From a virus (taxonomy: Duplodnaviria > Caudoviricetes): 63,790 nt of DNA. The notes under the pieces are model-generated. The model made no database searches. It was not told the DNA's origin and saw only the letters and a list, made by a program, of their open reading frames with translations. Location: positions 1 to 63,790 of the IMG/VR virus record IMGVR_UViG_3300033076_000704; one strand, written 5' to 3'. Of this stretch, positions 29,124-39,248 are shown in pieces. Position numbers and translations under genes: made by a program. Position 1 is the first letter of the stretch. Each line of letters starts with the position of its first letter.

Positions 29124-31892
29124 GTGGATGCGGAATTACAACAGGACGAAGAAGACTTCGGGCCACCTGACGATGATATTGAGGGTGGCGAGGAACCTAT
29201 TGCCACCGCAGCTAATGAAGATGATGATTTTTATGAAAATCTAGCCGAAGTATGGCCTGAAGCTACTCTAGAGCGCATTTCCAGCGAATTATGTGATGCC
29301 ATCCAGCGCGATAAAGATGCTCGCGTTTTAAGGGATAAGCAGCAAGAAGATGGCTTAAAGCGTACTGGAATGGGTGACGAAGCGCCGGGTGGGGCTGATT
29401 TCATGGGCGCAAGTAAGGTTACGCATCCGGTTATAACTACTTGCACTGTAGATTTTGCAGCCCGTTCAATTAAAGAGATATTTCCGCCAGAAGGCCCTGT
29501 TAAGACCGCTATCATAGGCCAACAGACGCAAAAACGCATGGAGCGTGCAGACCGCATCCGCCGCCACATGAATGTGCAGCTAACCCGCGATATAATTGAA
29601 TATCGGGCTGAATTAGAGAGGCTTTTGACGCAGCTTCCTATGGGTGGCTCTCAGTATCTTAAATGGTATTGGGATAAGCGGCTCAGAAGGCCGAGGTGTG
29701 ATTTTATACCTATTGATAATGTGTATCTGCCATTTCATGCATCCTCACTTTATACGGCAGATAGGGTTACTCACTGGCAGAAAATAACGGATATAGAGTA
29801 TAAAAGGCGCGTAAGAACTGGATTATATCGTGATATTGATATTGTCAGTTCATCTGATGCTGATACCGATAAATCATATTCAGAACGGGCTAATGAGAAG
29901 ATTGAGGGTAAAACAGACCAAGCAGCACAGGGTGATGAGGATACTAAAGAGATATACGAGGTATATACTTACCTTGAAGAGACTGATGAGTATGCGGATA
30001 ATGAGTTTGGCTCTTGCCCGTATATTGTGCATATCAGTGTGGATGATGGAAAGGTTCTTGCTGTTTATCGCAACTGGGAGCCTGAAGACCCGACATATAA
30101 GGCGATAGACTGGCTTGTTGAATTTGGGTTTATCCCGTGGCGTGGTGCTTACTGCGTCGGACTGCCGCATCTTATTGGCGGCCTAAGTGCTGCGGCTACG
30201 GGGGCACTGAGGGCTTTATTAGACTCAGCGCATATCAATAATGCGCCAACCGCTCTTAAGTTAAAAGGTGGTCGCGTAGGCGGTCAGAGTAACGCGGTCA
30301 CTATTGGCACAGTCAATGAAATAGATGGCGGCCCGATAGATGATATTAAGAAAATCGCTATGCCGATGCCGTTTAATGCACCATCACCAGTGCTGTTCCA
30401 GCTTCTTGGTGCACTGGATGAGATGGCTCGTGGCGTGGTTAGGACTGTGCTTGAAGACCAGAGTAATGGTGGTACTGAGGTTCCGGTAGGTACGCAGCTA
30501 TCTCGCGTTGAGAATGGCATGGTTGTATTCAGCGCAATACACTCAAGATTGCACGACTCTCAGCGTAAATGCTTAGAGATACTTTTCCGCCTTAACAGGC
30601 AATATCTTGATGACCAGACGGTACTAGATGAGTTTGGCGAGGTTCTGGTGCGCCGTGAGGATTATGAAGGCGCAATGGATATTATGCCAGTTAGCGACCC
30701 TCATATCTTCTCAGAGGCGCAGCGATTTGCACAGAATCAGGGTATAGTGCAGATGATGGCATCTGCTCCTGAGCTTTATAATGCAAGGGCGGTACATAAG
30801 CGCGTATTGGAAACAATGCGTATTCCCAATATTGATGAGGTTCTTCCGCCGCCGCCACAGCCTACGCCGCAGAATCCAGTGGCAGAGAACGTGCAGATGA
30901 TGATGGGTAAGCCAGCATTTGCATTTCCAGACCAAGACCATTTAGCCCATATTCAGGTGCTTCTTAGCTGCGTTCAAGACCCTAACTATGGGGGTAATCC
31001 AATTATTGCATCAGAGTTCCTTCCGCACGCTCTTGAGCATCTAAAGCAGCATTTAGCGTTCTGGTATGCGTCCACAATGCTTGAGATAGCAAGTAAGGCA
31101 TCTGGGCTTGATTTGAGTGAACTACCGTACTCGATAGAGGGGCTTGGCAAGGATTTAGACCAGTTGCTTGCTCAAACATCTCAGCACTTCCATCAGGCTA
31201 CAGCACAAGCGCTACAAGGTATTCCGTCAGTAATACAGCAGGCTATACAGGTGATGAAGACCTTCCAGCCGCAGATGCAAGACCCGAACATGATTGTTGC
31301 TCAGGCAGCTATGCAGGACGCGCAGACCAGAGCGCAGAAGGCTCAAGCAGAGACACAGACCAAGCAAGCCGACCAGCAGTTACAATTACAGAAATCACAA
31401 ATTGATGCGCAGCTTAAATCAAAGCAGATGGAAACTGATGTTGCTCTTAATACTCAGGATAACCAGACCGACCTGCAAATTGCTGCGATGAAGGAACAAG
31501 GTAAGATGGATGGTGATGCAGCTAATCGCAGCCATCAAATGCAGATGAAGGAATCGGAGCAGGTTAAAGTAGAGCAGCCAAAGACCGCTAAAGAGCAGGT
31601 GATTACGACTAATGCTATTATGGAAACCATACTTGAGGCTGCAAATAGTATCGCTCAGGGTATAGCGCAGCAAGGCGAGGCATTATCACAAGGTATCAGC
31701 CAACAGGGTGAGGTGATAGCAAATCAAATAGCAGCACAGAACGCACAGACAACACAGGCTATATCGCAGAGTATGGCTCAACAAGGTGAGATAATACTTG
31801 CTGGTCTTACTGCGCCACGCAAGGTTATTACTGATAAACGCGGTAATGTGGTAGGTTCAGAGGTGCAATTAAATGGGGTAAGTCATGAGTGA
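29124..31892 (+). CDS. portal protein with long Gln-rich C-terminal coiled coil
   Basis: FYENLAE, GASKVTHP, LP..GS...K, RNW, position after terL, 922 aa. Confidence 0.88.
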   Translation: MDAELQQDEEDFGPPDDDIEGGEEPIATAANEDDDFYENLAEVWPEATLERISSELCDAIQRDKDARVLRDKQQEDGLKRTGMGDEAPGGADFMGASKVTHPVITTCTVDFAARSIKEIFPPEGPVKTAIIGQQTQKRMERADRIRRHMNVQLTRDIIEYRAELERLLTQLPMGGSQYLKWYWDKRLRRPRCDFIPIDNVYLPFHASSLYTADRVTHWQKITDIEYKRRVRTGLYRDIDIVSSSDADTDKSYSERANEKIEGKTDQAAQGDEDTKEIYEVYTYLEETDEYADNEFGSCPYIVHISVDDGKVLAVYRNWEPEDPTYKAIDWLVEFGFIPWRGAYCVGLPHLIGGLSAAATGALRALLDSAHINNAPTALKLKGGRVGGQSNAVTIGTVNEIDGGPIDDIKKIAMPMPFNAPSPVLFQLLGALDEMARGVVRTVLEDQSNGGTEVPVGTQLSRVENGMVVFSAIHSRLHDSQRKCLEILFRLNRQYLDDQTVLDEFGEVLVRREDYEGAMDIMPVSDPHIFSEAQRFAQNQGIVQMMASAPELYNARAVHKRVLETMRIPNIDEVLPPPPQPTPQNPVAENVQMMMGKPAFAFPDQDHLAHIQVLLSCVQDPNYGGNPIIASEFLPHALEHLKQHLAFWYASTMLEIASKASGLDLSELPYSIEGLGKDLDQLLAQTSQHFHQATAQALQGIPSVIQQAIQVMKTFQPQMQDPNMIVAQAAMQDAQTRAQKAQAETQTKQADQQLQLQKSQIDAQLKSKQMETDVALNTQDNQTDLQIAAMKEQGKMDGDAANRSHQMQMKESEQVKVEQPKTAKEQVITTNAIMETILEAANSIAQGIAQQGEALSQGISQQGEVIANQIAAQNAQTTQAISQSMAQQGEIILAGLTAPRKVITDKRGNVVGSEVQLNGVSHE

Positions 31893-32180
31893 TGTAGGTG
31901 TATTAGGGAGGGCTATAGGGCTGCCAGCAGGCAGTTTACCGCCAACTCATAGCCTTAAAGATGGTAGGTATGAGATAAAGATAATCTCGGTGCGTGATAA
32001 CAATGAGATGACGCTTGAGTATCCGCAAGGTTGGCGGCGTGACCATCAGGCTACAGGAATAGAAGAATTGGTGACGAAGATAGTAATGAATCTTCGCTCT
32101 CGGTATGGTGTGGGTTCGGTGAAAACTTTAAAAATCTGCTCTCTTGAGGAGGGGGGCGTTATTGAAATGGAGATAATGAA

Positions 32181-32591
32181 ATGACCATACTGCATTACAA
32201 AGAATCCACCCTTAATGGGCGGCTAGATAAAGTTGCTACTGATGTTGGCGTTAGTGGCAAACTTAAACTATATACTGGAACAATGCCAGCTACTGTTGAT
32301 ACCGCATTATCAGGCAATACTCTACTTGCTGTACTTACTTGTAGCTCTACATTTGCTGCCGCTGCTGGTTCACATACTTTAACCGCAAATACCATTACCA
32401 GTGATACATCAGCAGACAATAGTGGCACTGTAACATGGGGAACAGTAACCACATCAGCAGATACCCGTATTATTGATTTTGATGTTGGAACAGCAGCCAC
32501 TTCGATGATTATTGATAATACATCAATCAATGCTGGTCAGGTAGTGAGTTGTTCTTCGTTCGTAATCGTTGGTGCAAACTATACAGGGTAA
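32181..32591 (+). CDS. small beta-rich virion fibre subunit
   Basis: LKLYTG..PA..DTA....LLA.L, GT.TW, D..VG, I..GQ.V. Confidence 0.55.
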   Translation: MTILHYKESTLNGRLDKVATDVGVSGKLKLYTGTMPATVDTALSGNTLLAVLTCSSTFAAAAGSHTLTANTITSDTSADNSGTVTWGTVTTSADTRIIDFDVGTAATSMIIDNTSINAGQVVSCSSFVIVGANYTG

Positions 32592-32594
32592 CAG

Positions 32595-33173
32595 ATGGCA
32601 GATAATATAACTACATTAAATGCTTCAAGTGTTACTGTAACGGTAGCAACAAGTGATGATGGTACAGCGCAATCTCCGAAGGTAGTAAGCTGGACAGTGC
32701 AATCTACAGCTACACTTACGCGCCCCGCAGATACAACAGCTTATACCGCAAATGATTCTGTAGCCAATTCAACTGGTACACCCACAGCGCTTACATTTGC
32801 TAATTGTGCTCGCGTAACTTCTGGGTGTGGCTTAGTGCGTGATGCAACACTTATATTATCAGGTATGACTACTACCGTTGCCGAGTTTCATCTTTGGGTT
32901 ACTGACACCTCTTTTACGCCTACAGCAGATAACTCAGCATTTAATCCTTCGGATAGTGATGCGGCTAATGTGCAATGCGTACTAATGTTTAATGCTGGAA
33001 ATATGTCTGATGGTACAAGCAATAGGGTTTATAAACTTGTGAATGCTCCGCAGATGTTCAGATGTGCATCAGGCTCTACGAGTCTTTATGGCGCTCTTAT
33101 GACCCGTACTGGATATACACCTACAAGCGGTGAGACTTACCAGTTTGACCTTGATATAGTGCAGGAAATATGA
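32595..33173 (+). CDS. Thr-rich virion protein
   Basis: TLTRPADTTAYTAND, LYG.L....YTP.SGE. Confidence 0.55.
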   Translation: MADNITTLNASSVTVTVATSDDGTAQSPKVVSWTVQSTATLTRPADTTAYTANDSVANSTGTPTALTFANCARVTSGCGLVRDATLILSGMTTTVAEFHLWVTDTSFTPTADNSAFNPSDSDAANVQCVLMFNAGNMSDGTSNRVYKLVNAPQMFRCASGSTSLYGALMTRTGYTPTSGETYQFDLDIVQEI

Positions 33174-33174
33174 T

Positions 33175-34206
33175 GTGTTTAAACCCCTATATACAAATAA
33201 AACACTCAAATATGTAATTTCAACGGAGCAGTTCTCTGTAACGATTGCCAGTAGCGCTGCTACAGGTACAGCTACCTTAAATAAGAGAGTTGACACCACG
33301 ACCAGTTTTATTGTCTGGGGGCATCAAATATCAAGTGCCGCTAATACTGAAAATTGCCTTGCTCGGCTCACTCTTACCGATGGCGTAACTGTAACCGCTA
33401 CCAGAGATACAGCGTCGGCTACAACTATAACAGTTTACGGAACCGTTGTTTACTGCTCACCACAATTTGTAAAATCAGTTCAATCTGGCTCGGTAACTCT
33501 TACGGGGGTAACTACCAACTCGACTATAACAGCGGTAAGAACCGATAAATCAGCGGTGCTTATGAATGGTTTTACCACCAGCAATGCTAACGCTAATCTG
33601 ACAACATCGCTTTGTAGGTGCAGTATTACGAGTTCTACAAATGTTGCGATTAGCACTAATACCGTTGGTACTACTCATATAGCAAACTATGTAGTCGTAG
33701 AGTTCCAACCTGATTGCGTTGTCTCGGTTGAGCAGGTTGCTATAACGGCTGCTTCTGGTACATCAGCTACCGCCACACTTGCAAGAAATGTAGATGTAAA
33801 TAATACGCTTTGTTTTTGGGGGTCACAGCAATCTGGTGGCAACACTAGAGCGCAAATGTTTTCTAGAATAGAGCTTACCAATAGCACAACGGTAACGGCT
33901 AATTGGAATACAAGTTCTATTGTAACAAGAACCATCAATGTTACTGTGGTAAATTTTGCTCCTAAAGTAATACGCTCAATTCGGCGGGGCACTACAACTA
34001 TATCAGCAGGCACAAGTGCAACAAGCACAATAGATTTTGTAGATGTAAATATGGCTTGGTGTATGTTTTTAGGGTTTAGTTGCACTGGTGCATCTCATGC
34101 CGCCACTCTTGCTGGCATTGCGCTAACCAATGGTACAACAATAACTGCAACTCTGAATTCATCTGGAACGGATACGGTCAGTTGGGAAGTGGGGTGGTTT
34201 AACTAA
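33175..34206 (+). CDS. Thr/Ser-rich virion protein with repeated beta domains
   Basis: Recurrent VKSVQSG / VVSVEQV / IRSIRRG units about 80 aa apart. Confidence 0.55.
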   Translation: MFKPLYTNKTLKYVISTEQFSVTIASSAATGTATLNKRVDTTTSFIVWGHQISSAANTENCLARLTLTDGVTVTATRDTASATTITVYGTVVYCSPQFVKSVQSGSVTLTGVTTNSTITAVRTDKSAVLMNGFTTSNANANLTTSLCRCSITSSTNVAISTNTVGTTHIANYVVVEFQPDCVVSVEQVAITAASGTSATATLARNVDVNNTLCFWGSQQSGGNTRAQMFSRIELTNSTTVTANWNTSSIVTRTINVTVVNFAPKVIRSIRRGTTTISAGTSATSTIDFVDVNMAWCMFLGFSCTGASHAATLAGIALTNGTTITATLNSSGTDTVSWEVGWFN

Positions 34207-35504
34207 TGGCAATAATGTTTTGGCCATTACAGCCTTCGGGGCTTAATAGACAGACTGGTTCTGATACTATTACTGGCTCTCTTAATGCTACCGAGAGTAA
34301 TGATGCTTTAGCGGCATTAGCCAAGGTAGCCATAGACAGCAGGGTAGCTGCGACAGAGAGCAATGATACGCTGGCAGGCGTAGCTAAGGTATTAGTTAAA
34401 GGTACGCTTGCCGCAACTGAATCTAACGACACCCTAGCAGGTTCGCTACGCCAAACAGCGGTAACTTATCTTAGCGCAACTGAAAGCAACGATACTCTAG
34501 CAGCAGCAGCGGCAGTTCAAGTAACTGGTCGTGTTGCGGCAACGGAGAGCAATGATACTTTGGCCGCATCTGCAAAGGTTGCCGTAGCTTCAACTGTATC
34601 TGTAACAGAGAGTAATGATACCTTAGCTGGTTCATCACAAGTGCTGGTTCGCGGCAATTTAAGCGTTACCGAATCCAATGATAGCTTATCTGGCAGTCTT
34701 GGTTCAGCATCCACCGGCTCGCTTAATGTAACTGAGAGTAATGACACCCTTGCTGGTTCGAGCAAGGTGGCTGTAAGCGGTAGTGTTAATGTTACGGAAT
34801 CTAACGATACTCTTGCTGCATCAGGCGCAGTCAGAGTAACTGGCGCATTAAGTGCAACGGAGAGCAATGATACCCTTAATGCTAGTGGCGCAGTTCAAGT
34901 ATCAGGAAGCATCAGCGCTACCGAGAATAACGATACATTGTCGGGGCAACTTGCTGGCGCTCAAACCATTGTAAGTTATGTTCAGACAACAGAAGATAAT
35001 GATATTTTACTTGCGTCGGCATTAGTTGAGGTAAGTAGTGCAGTAAATGCTACGGAATCTGATGACACTCTATCTGCCGCTGCTTCGATAGAAGGCGGCA
35101 CTCAATCAGGTGAACGCCGCCTTGTTATTGCCGGAATACAGCAACAGAGTAATGAAGAACGACTAAGGCTACACCGCGACCTGATAGCGCAATTAAGGGC
35201 GTTAAATAAGAAGGCCGAGGTTAAGGTTGAAGAACCAGCACCAAAACCAGTTAAGACCAAGAAGCGCAAGAAGGTTGTATCTGAGCCTGAAAAGCCACAG
35301 CCTGTTGCCAGAGAGATACCAGATTACACGCCGCTGCTTAATGCACTAGATGCTCGTAAGCGGTTAATCGAGGAAATACCTGCCGTTGAGGATGAAGACA
35401 TAAGCCTCATGGTGGCAGAACTGGAGATGACAAAGTTACACACACGGGCTAAAGCCTTGCAGCGTCAAAACTTGGCAGCTATGCTGGCTTTGGGCATAAT
35501 ATAA
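34206..35504 (+). CDS. TESND-repeat fibre-like protein (13 x ~21 aa)
   Basis: 13 TE[SND][ND]D repeats followed by a charged helical C-terminus. Confidence 0.7.
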   Translation: MAIMFWPLQPSGLNRQTGSDTITGSLNATESNDALAALAKVAIDSRVAATESNDTLAGVAKVLVKGTLAATESNDTLAGSLRQTAVTYLSATESNDTLAAAAAVQVTGRVAATESNDTLAASAKVAVASTVSVTESNDTLAGSSQVLVRGNLSVTESNDSLSGSLGSASTGSLNVTESNDTLAGSSKVAVSGSVNVTESNDTLAASGAVRVTGALSATESNDTLNASGAVQVSGSISATENNDTLSGQLAGAQTIVSYVQTTEDNDILLASALVEVSSAVNATESDDTLSAAASIEGGTQSGERRLVIAGIQQQSNEERLRLHRDLIAQLRALNKKAEVKVEEPAPKPVKTKKRKKVVSEPEKPQPVAREIPDYTPLLNALDARKRLIEEIPAVEDEDISLMVAELEMTKLHTRAKALQRQNLAAMLALGII

Positions 35505-35517
35505 GGGGGTAATTCAC

Positions 35518-35712
35518 TTGAGAACACTGGTAAATCTGATAAAATACAAAATTGGTGAGGAAATAGAAGTGTTACAGAAAAGCTACTGTTCCTTAGCTGC
35601 CGAGAACTTTCAAAAAGTAGCAGGCATCGAAAACGGTTTAAAACAGGCGTTAGAGATAATAGACGCTGAAGAGACAAGGTGGTTAAAAGGTGACGGATTG
35701 GAAGACGAGTGA
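35518..35712 (+). CDS. small conserved head-module protein
   Basis: G..NGL..AL.II motif directly before groES. Confidence 0.55.
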   Translation: MRTLVNLIKYKIGEEIEVLQKSYCSLAAENFQKVAGIENGLKQALEIIDAEETRWLKGDGLEDE

Positions 35713-36100
35713 GGAACTTAAAGAAGCATTTCCAGATGTAACAATTAATATGCGACCCGTGGGGGATTTAATCTGTTGCCAGATTAAGATGCCCAGAGAG
35801 AAGATGGGGTCGATTCTCCTAACAGATGATACTAAAGAGCTACACCGATGGGAAACTATGGTGGCTAAAGTAGTTAAGATTGGCCCTGTAGCATTCAGGG
35901 ATGCCGATACCCTTAAAGAGTGGCCAGAAGGCGCATGGGCTAATATCGGTGATTATGTGGTAATTCCCAAATACGGCAGCGTTAGGTTTACAGTGGCAGT
36001 TCCGGGTCGCTCAACCAAGTGCATATTTGCGTTCCTGCGCTGCAAGGACATTAGAACGATAATTGAAGGTAATCCATTGGAGGTAGATGAATATGTTTAA
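35690..36100 (+). CDS. groES: GroES/Cpn10-like co-chaperonin
   Basis: MRPVGD.I, GSILL, AKVVKIGP, IGDYV..PKYG. Confidence 0.85.
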   Translation: MTDWKTSEELKEAFPDVTINMRPVGDLICCQIKMPREKMGSILLTDDTKELHRWETMVAKVVKIGPVAFRDADTLKEWPEGAWANIGDYVVIPKYGSVRFTVAVPGRSTKCIFAFLRCKDIRTIIEGNPLEVDEYV

Positions 36101-37109
36101 TTTTGGGGAAAAAGACCAAGATGAGGATGAAGAAGAAGATGAGGATGAATCGGTAGAGAAAGATTCCGATGAGGATGAAGAGGAAGAAGACGAGGATGAG
36201 GGGGATGAGAAGGCGCAAGCGGAAGAAGAGTCCCCAGATGAAGAAGTAGATGAGGATAGAGAGAAAAAGCGCGAGGAAAATCGCCGTCGCCGCCAAGAAA
36301 AGAAAGAGTTTAAGCGCAGGAAGCGTGATGAAGAACTGGCGCGTCTTGAGGCTTTAGAGCAAAATCTTCGTGCTGAAAGAGAAGAAAAAGAGCACCTCAA
36401 GGGATTTATATCCAAAATAGCAGAGCGCATTGATAGCCGCGATATGTCGGAGATTGATGGGCGTATGGCTGGTGCAGAGCAGCGGTATCGGGAAGCCCAG
36501 ACATTCATACAAAGCGCCACAATACAGATGCAGAAGGCTATTGAGCTTGGTGATGGCGAGGCGTGGGGAAGGCTTAACGGGGAGATTAAAAGAGCAGAGA
36601 GCATTCAAGCCGCCGCCGACAATGAATGGCGGGCACTAAAGGGCGTCAAAGAAAAGCTGGCCTCAACCAAGACTGAGATTCCAAAGCAAGAGCAGAAGCA
36701 ATTTATTCGTGATGTTGATGAGGTTAAAGAGCGTTCTTTCCGTGAAGATTGGATTAGGCAGAACAGTTGGTTTGATAGAAGCGCAAATGACAAAGACAGC
36801 TATGATGCCTTGGTAATTAACAAGGGATTGATGGATGAAGGGTATCGCCCTGATACTCAGGCTTTCTGGAATGAATTATCTCGCAGAGTAAAGGAAAAGC
36901 TGCCTCATAAGTATAGAGCAGCAAAGAAACCGCCACAGTTAGTAGGTGGAAGAGAATCTACCGCAACTAAGACCGGCTCAAATAAAGAAGAAGGCTTAGA
37001 CCGTGCATTTATAAAAGTCTTGAATGAAAGGTATGGATATGATAAAAATAACCCAGACAGAAAGAAAGCCGTTGCAAGCTATCTTCAAGGCCTTAAGGAG
37101 TACAGATAA
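36087..37109 (+). CDS. putative capsid scaffolding protein
   Basis: Acidic N-terminus, coiled coil, W..QNSWF; upstream of major capsid. Confidence 0.65.
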   Translation: MNMFNFGEKDQDEDEEEDEDESVEKDSDEDEEEEDEDEGDEKAQAEEESPDEEVDEDREKKREENRRRRQEKKEFKRRKRDEELARLEALEQNLRAEREEKEHLKGFISKIAERIDSRDMSEIDGRMAGAEQRYREAQTFIQSATIQMQKAIELGDGEAWGRLNGEIKRAESIQAAADNEWRALKGVKEKLASTKTEIPKQEQKQFIRDVDEVKERSFREDWIRQNSWFDRSANDKDSYDALVINKGLMDEGYRPDTQAFWNELSRRVKEKLPHKYRAAKKPPQLVGGRESTATKTGSNKEEGLDRAFIKVLNERYGYDKNNPDRKKAVASYLQGLKEYR

Positions 37110-37645
37110 TGTCTGACGATAGGCTGAAGAACACGCAGCGTGTAGATGAGAAAGCTCCAAAGACGATAGATGATAGGTCGTCACGCTCACCAGCCTTAAC
37201 TAAGGCCGAGGTAGAAGCTAGGCTCAGAGGAAGTATGGTAGGCGGTATTCTCCCAGTGCCTCCCGAAAAGCCCGGATATACAAGAGTCTGGTTATCGGAG
37301 ACAAACAAACAGAATCCCATTAGTTGGTATGAAAGTCTTGGCTATAGAAAGGTGCATCCAAAAGATACACCTAATTTCGGTCAGGAATACCTAAAATCTC
37401 CAAGCGGAATAGAAGAAGTACGGTGCAATGAAATGATACTGTATGAAATCGAAAAAGAAATCCGCGACCATATTATGAAGGTCAACCACCATGATATGCC
37501 ACTTGAATTGCAAGGGCGTCCGGCGGGTGACATGAGGAATAGGTTGGTTGACCCAAAAACCGGAGAGTCGGTGTACCTTAATGAGGCTGATGATGAGGAG
37601 AGGGCGTTTGCCAAAAGAAAAGTGCCAACCCCTAAGTTTGAATAG
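37109..37645 (+). CDS. conserved head-module protein
   Basis: LP.PP..PGY...WLS, LGY..V, NEM.L..I. Confidence 0.6.
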   Translation: MSDDRLKNTQRVDEKAPKTIDDRSSRSPALTKAEVEARLRGSMVGGILPVPPEKPGYTRVWLSETNKQNPISWYESLGYRKVHPKDTPNFGQEYLKSPSGIEEVRCNEMILYEIEKEIRDHIMKVNHHDMPLELQGRPAGDMRNRLVDPKTGESVYLNEADDEERAFAKRKVPTPKFE

Positions 37646-37685
37646 AGGTTGGTTTATATAACACCAAACTCAAAGGATTCTAACG

Positions 37686-38261
37686 ATGACAACGACTTTA
37701 GCAGCCTTTGGCCTCCGTCCGGTAAGTCATATTTCGGCAGAGAGCGCAAGGCAAGCATCAATCGTTGACGGTATTGTTACTGGTTATTCAGCTAATATCT
37801 TTACTGATACTCCTGTGAAACTTAGCACAAACGGCGTACTTCAAGCTGCTGCTGCTGGTGACGCAATTATAGGAACATTTCAGGGCTGCGAATACACAAC
37901 CAGTGACGGTCAACGAGTGCAAGGCGCACCATGGATTTCAGGAACAAGTTATGTTGCTGGCTCTTTGATTGCGTATTTTACCAGCGACCCCAACCTAGTG
38001 TACGAAATACAGGCGGATGGTTCAGTTGCTCAGACCGCGATTGGTGGACAGGCTAATCTATCCAATGCAACATCGGGTAATACACTATTAGGATTCAGCC
38101 AAGCAACACTCAACAGTTCCGTAACTGGTTCTGGTGGTACTGCACAGTTCCGTATCCTTAATATTGCGCCTTACCCTGATAACGCATGGGGCGATACCTA
38201 TACCATTGTTCAAGTCCAGATTGCTACACATCAGTATGTAGCAAATATTAACGCAATATAG
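37686..38261 (+). CDS. capsid decoration / minor head protein
   Basis: AFGLRPV, G.F.GCEY, DP...YEIQ, NAWGD; directly before MCP. Confidence 0.65.
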   Translation: MTTTLAAFGLRPVSHISAESARQASIVDGIVTGYSANIFTDTPVKLSTNGVLQAAAAGDAIIGTFQGCEYTTSDGQRVQGAPWISGTSYVAGSLIAYFTSDPNLVYEIQADGSVAQTAIGGQANLSNATSGNTLLGFSQATLNSSVTGSGGTAQFRILNIAPYPDNAWGDTYTIVQVQIATHQYVANINAI

Positions 38262-38279
38262 TGTAGGAGGGCTTTTACA

Positions 38280-39197
38280 ATGACTACACCAATGAACTCA
38301 ATGCAGTTTAAACAAATAACTGCACCAATCTTAAACGTTGCTTTTGATGGTATTTTTGACCAGCGAAAAGACGAGTACAAACAGATTTTCACTACTGAGA
38401 AGTCGAAGTTTCCTCGGCGTTATCAGGAAGAACCAATCCTGTTTGGCTTCGGGGCTGCTCCTGAAATACCTGATGGCGCTCCTGTTGAATACGCTCAGGG
38501 CGGTACGCTCTTTACCAAACGCTATATCTTTAAGAGATATGGTTATGGCTTTGCGCTTACCAAGACCCTTGTAGAAGACGGTGAACACATTGCAATCGGT
38601 GAAACCTATTCTAAGCACCTTGCTCAGTCTATGATTGAAACAGATGAAATTGATGCGGCTAATATCCTTAACCGCGCATTCAACTCTTCATATACTGGCG
38701 GTGATGGCGTAAGCCTCGTGAATAGCGCACACCCGATGAGAACTGGCACATACAGCAACATCCTTGCGACTGCTGCTGCTCTGTCTCAGACCTCTCTTGA
38801 ATCAATGGTTACGCAGATTGCTCAGGCTACTGACGATACTGGCAAGAAGATTAGGCTCACACCTAAAGACCTTGTTGTGTCGCCAACAAACTGGCTTACT
38901 GCAACCGTATTGCTTCAGTCTGTGCTTCGCGCTGGAACAGCAAACAACGACATCAACCCGATTAATGCGATGGGTATGTTTGGGGATACACCTAAACTCA
39001 TGACTCGTCTTACCTCAAACACAGCATGGTTTGTGCATACTGATGCGCCTGATGGCCTGAAGTTCATTACCAGAACTGAGTTGCAGAAGGGTATGGAAGG
39101 TGACTTCGATACCGATTCTATGAGGTATAAGGCAACCAAGCGTCGTGATGTGGGTTGGACTGAACCGCGTACTATTTACGGCTCTGCCGGTGCATAA
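38280..39197 (+). CDS. major capsid protein
   Basis: GFG.AP...DG, LA.SM..T.E..AAN.LN.AF, GDF.T...RYKA..R...GW...R. Confidence 0.88.
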   Translation: MTTPMNSMQFKQITAPILNVAFDGIFDQRKDEYKQIFTTEKSKFPRRYQEEPILFGFGAAPEIPDGAPVEYAQGGTLFTKRYIFKRYGYGFALTKTLVEDGEHIAIGETYSKHLAQSMIETDEIDAANILNRAFNSSYTGGDGVSLVNSAHPMRTGTYSNILATAAALSQTSLESMVTQIAQATDDTGKKIRLTPKDLVVSPTNWLTATVLLQSVLRAGTANNDINPINAMGMFGDTPKLMTRLTSNTAWFVHTDAPDGLKFITRTELQKGMEGDFDTDSMRYKATKRRDVGWTEPRTIYGSAGA

Positions 39198-39248
39198 CAA
39201 CTAGCGGGGTGGTGTGAAAGCCGCCCTTGCTTAAAAAGGAGAATTACA

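Noticed and set aside
36011-36604. Long antisense ORFs over the scaffold and other late genes
   Set aside because: Shadows of low-complexity or codon-biased sense genes; no RBS or motifs.
39203-39231. Terminator after major capsid gene
   Set aside because: Imperfect GC hairpin without a U-tract; at most a stability element.
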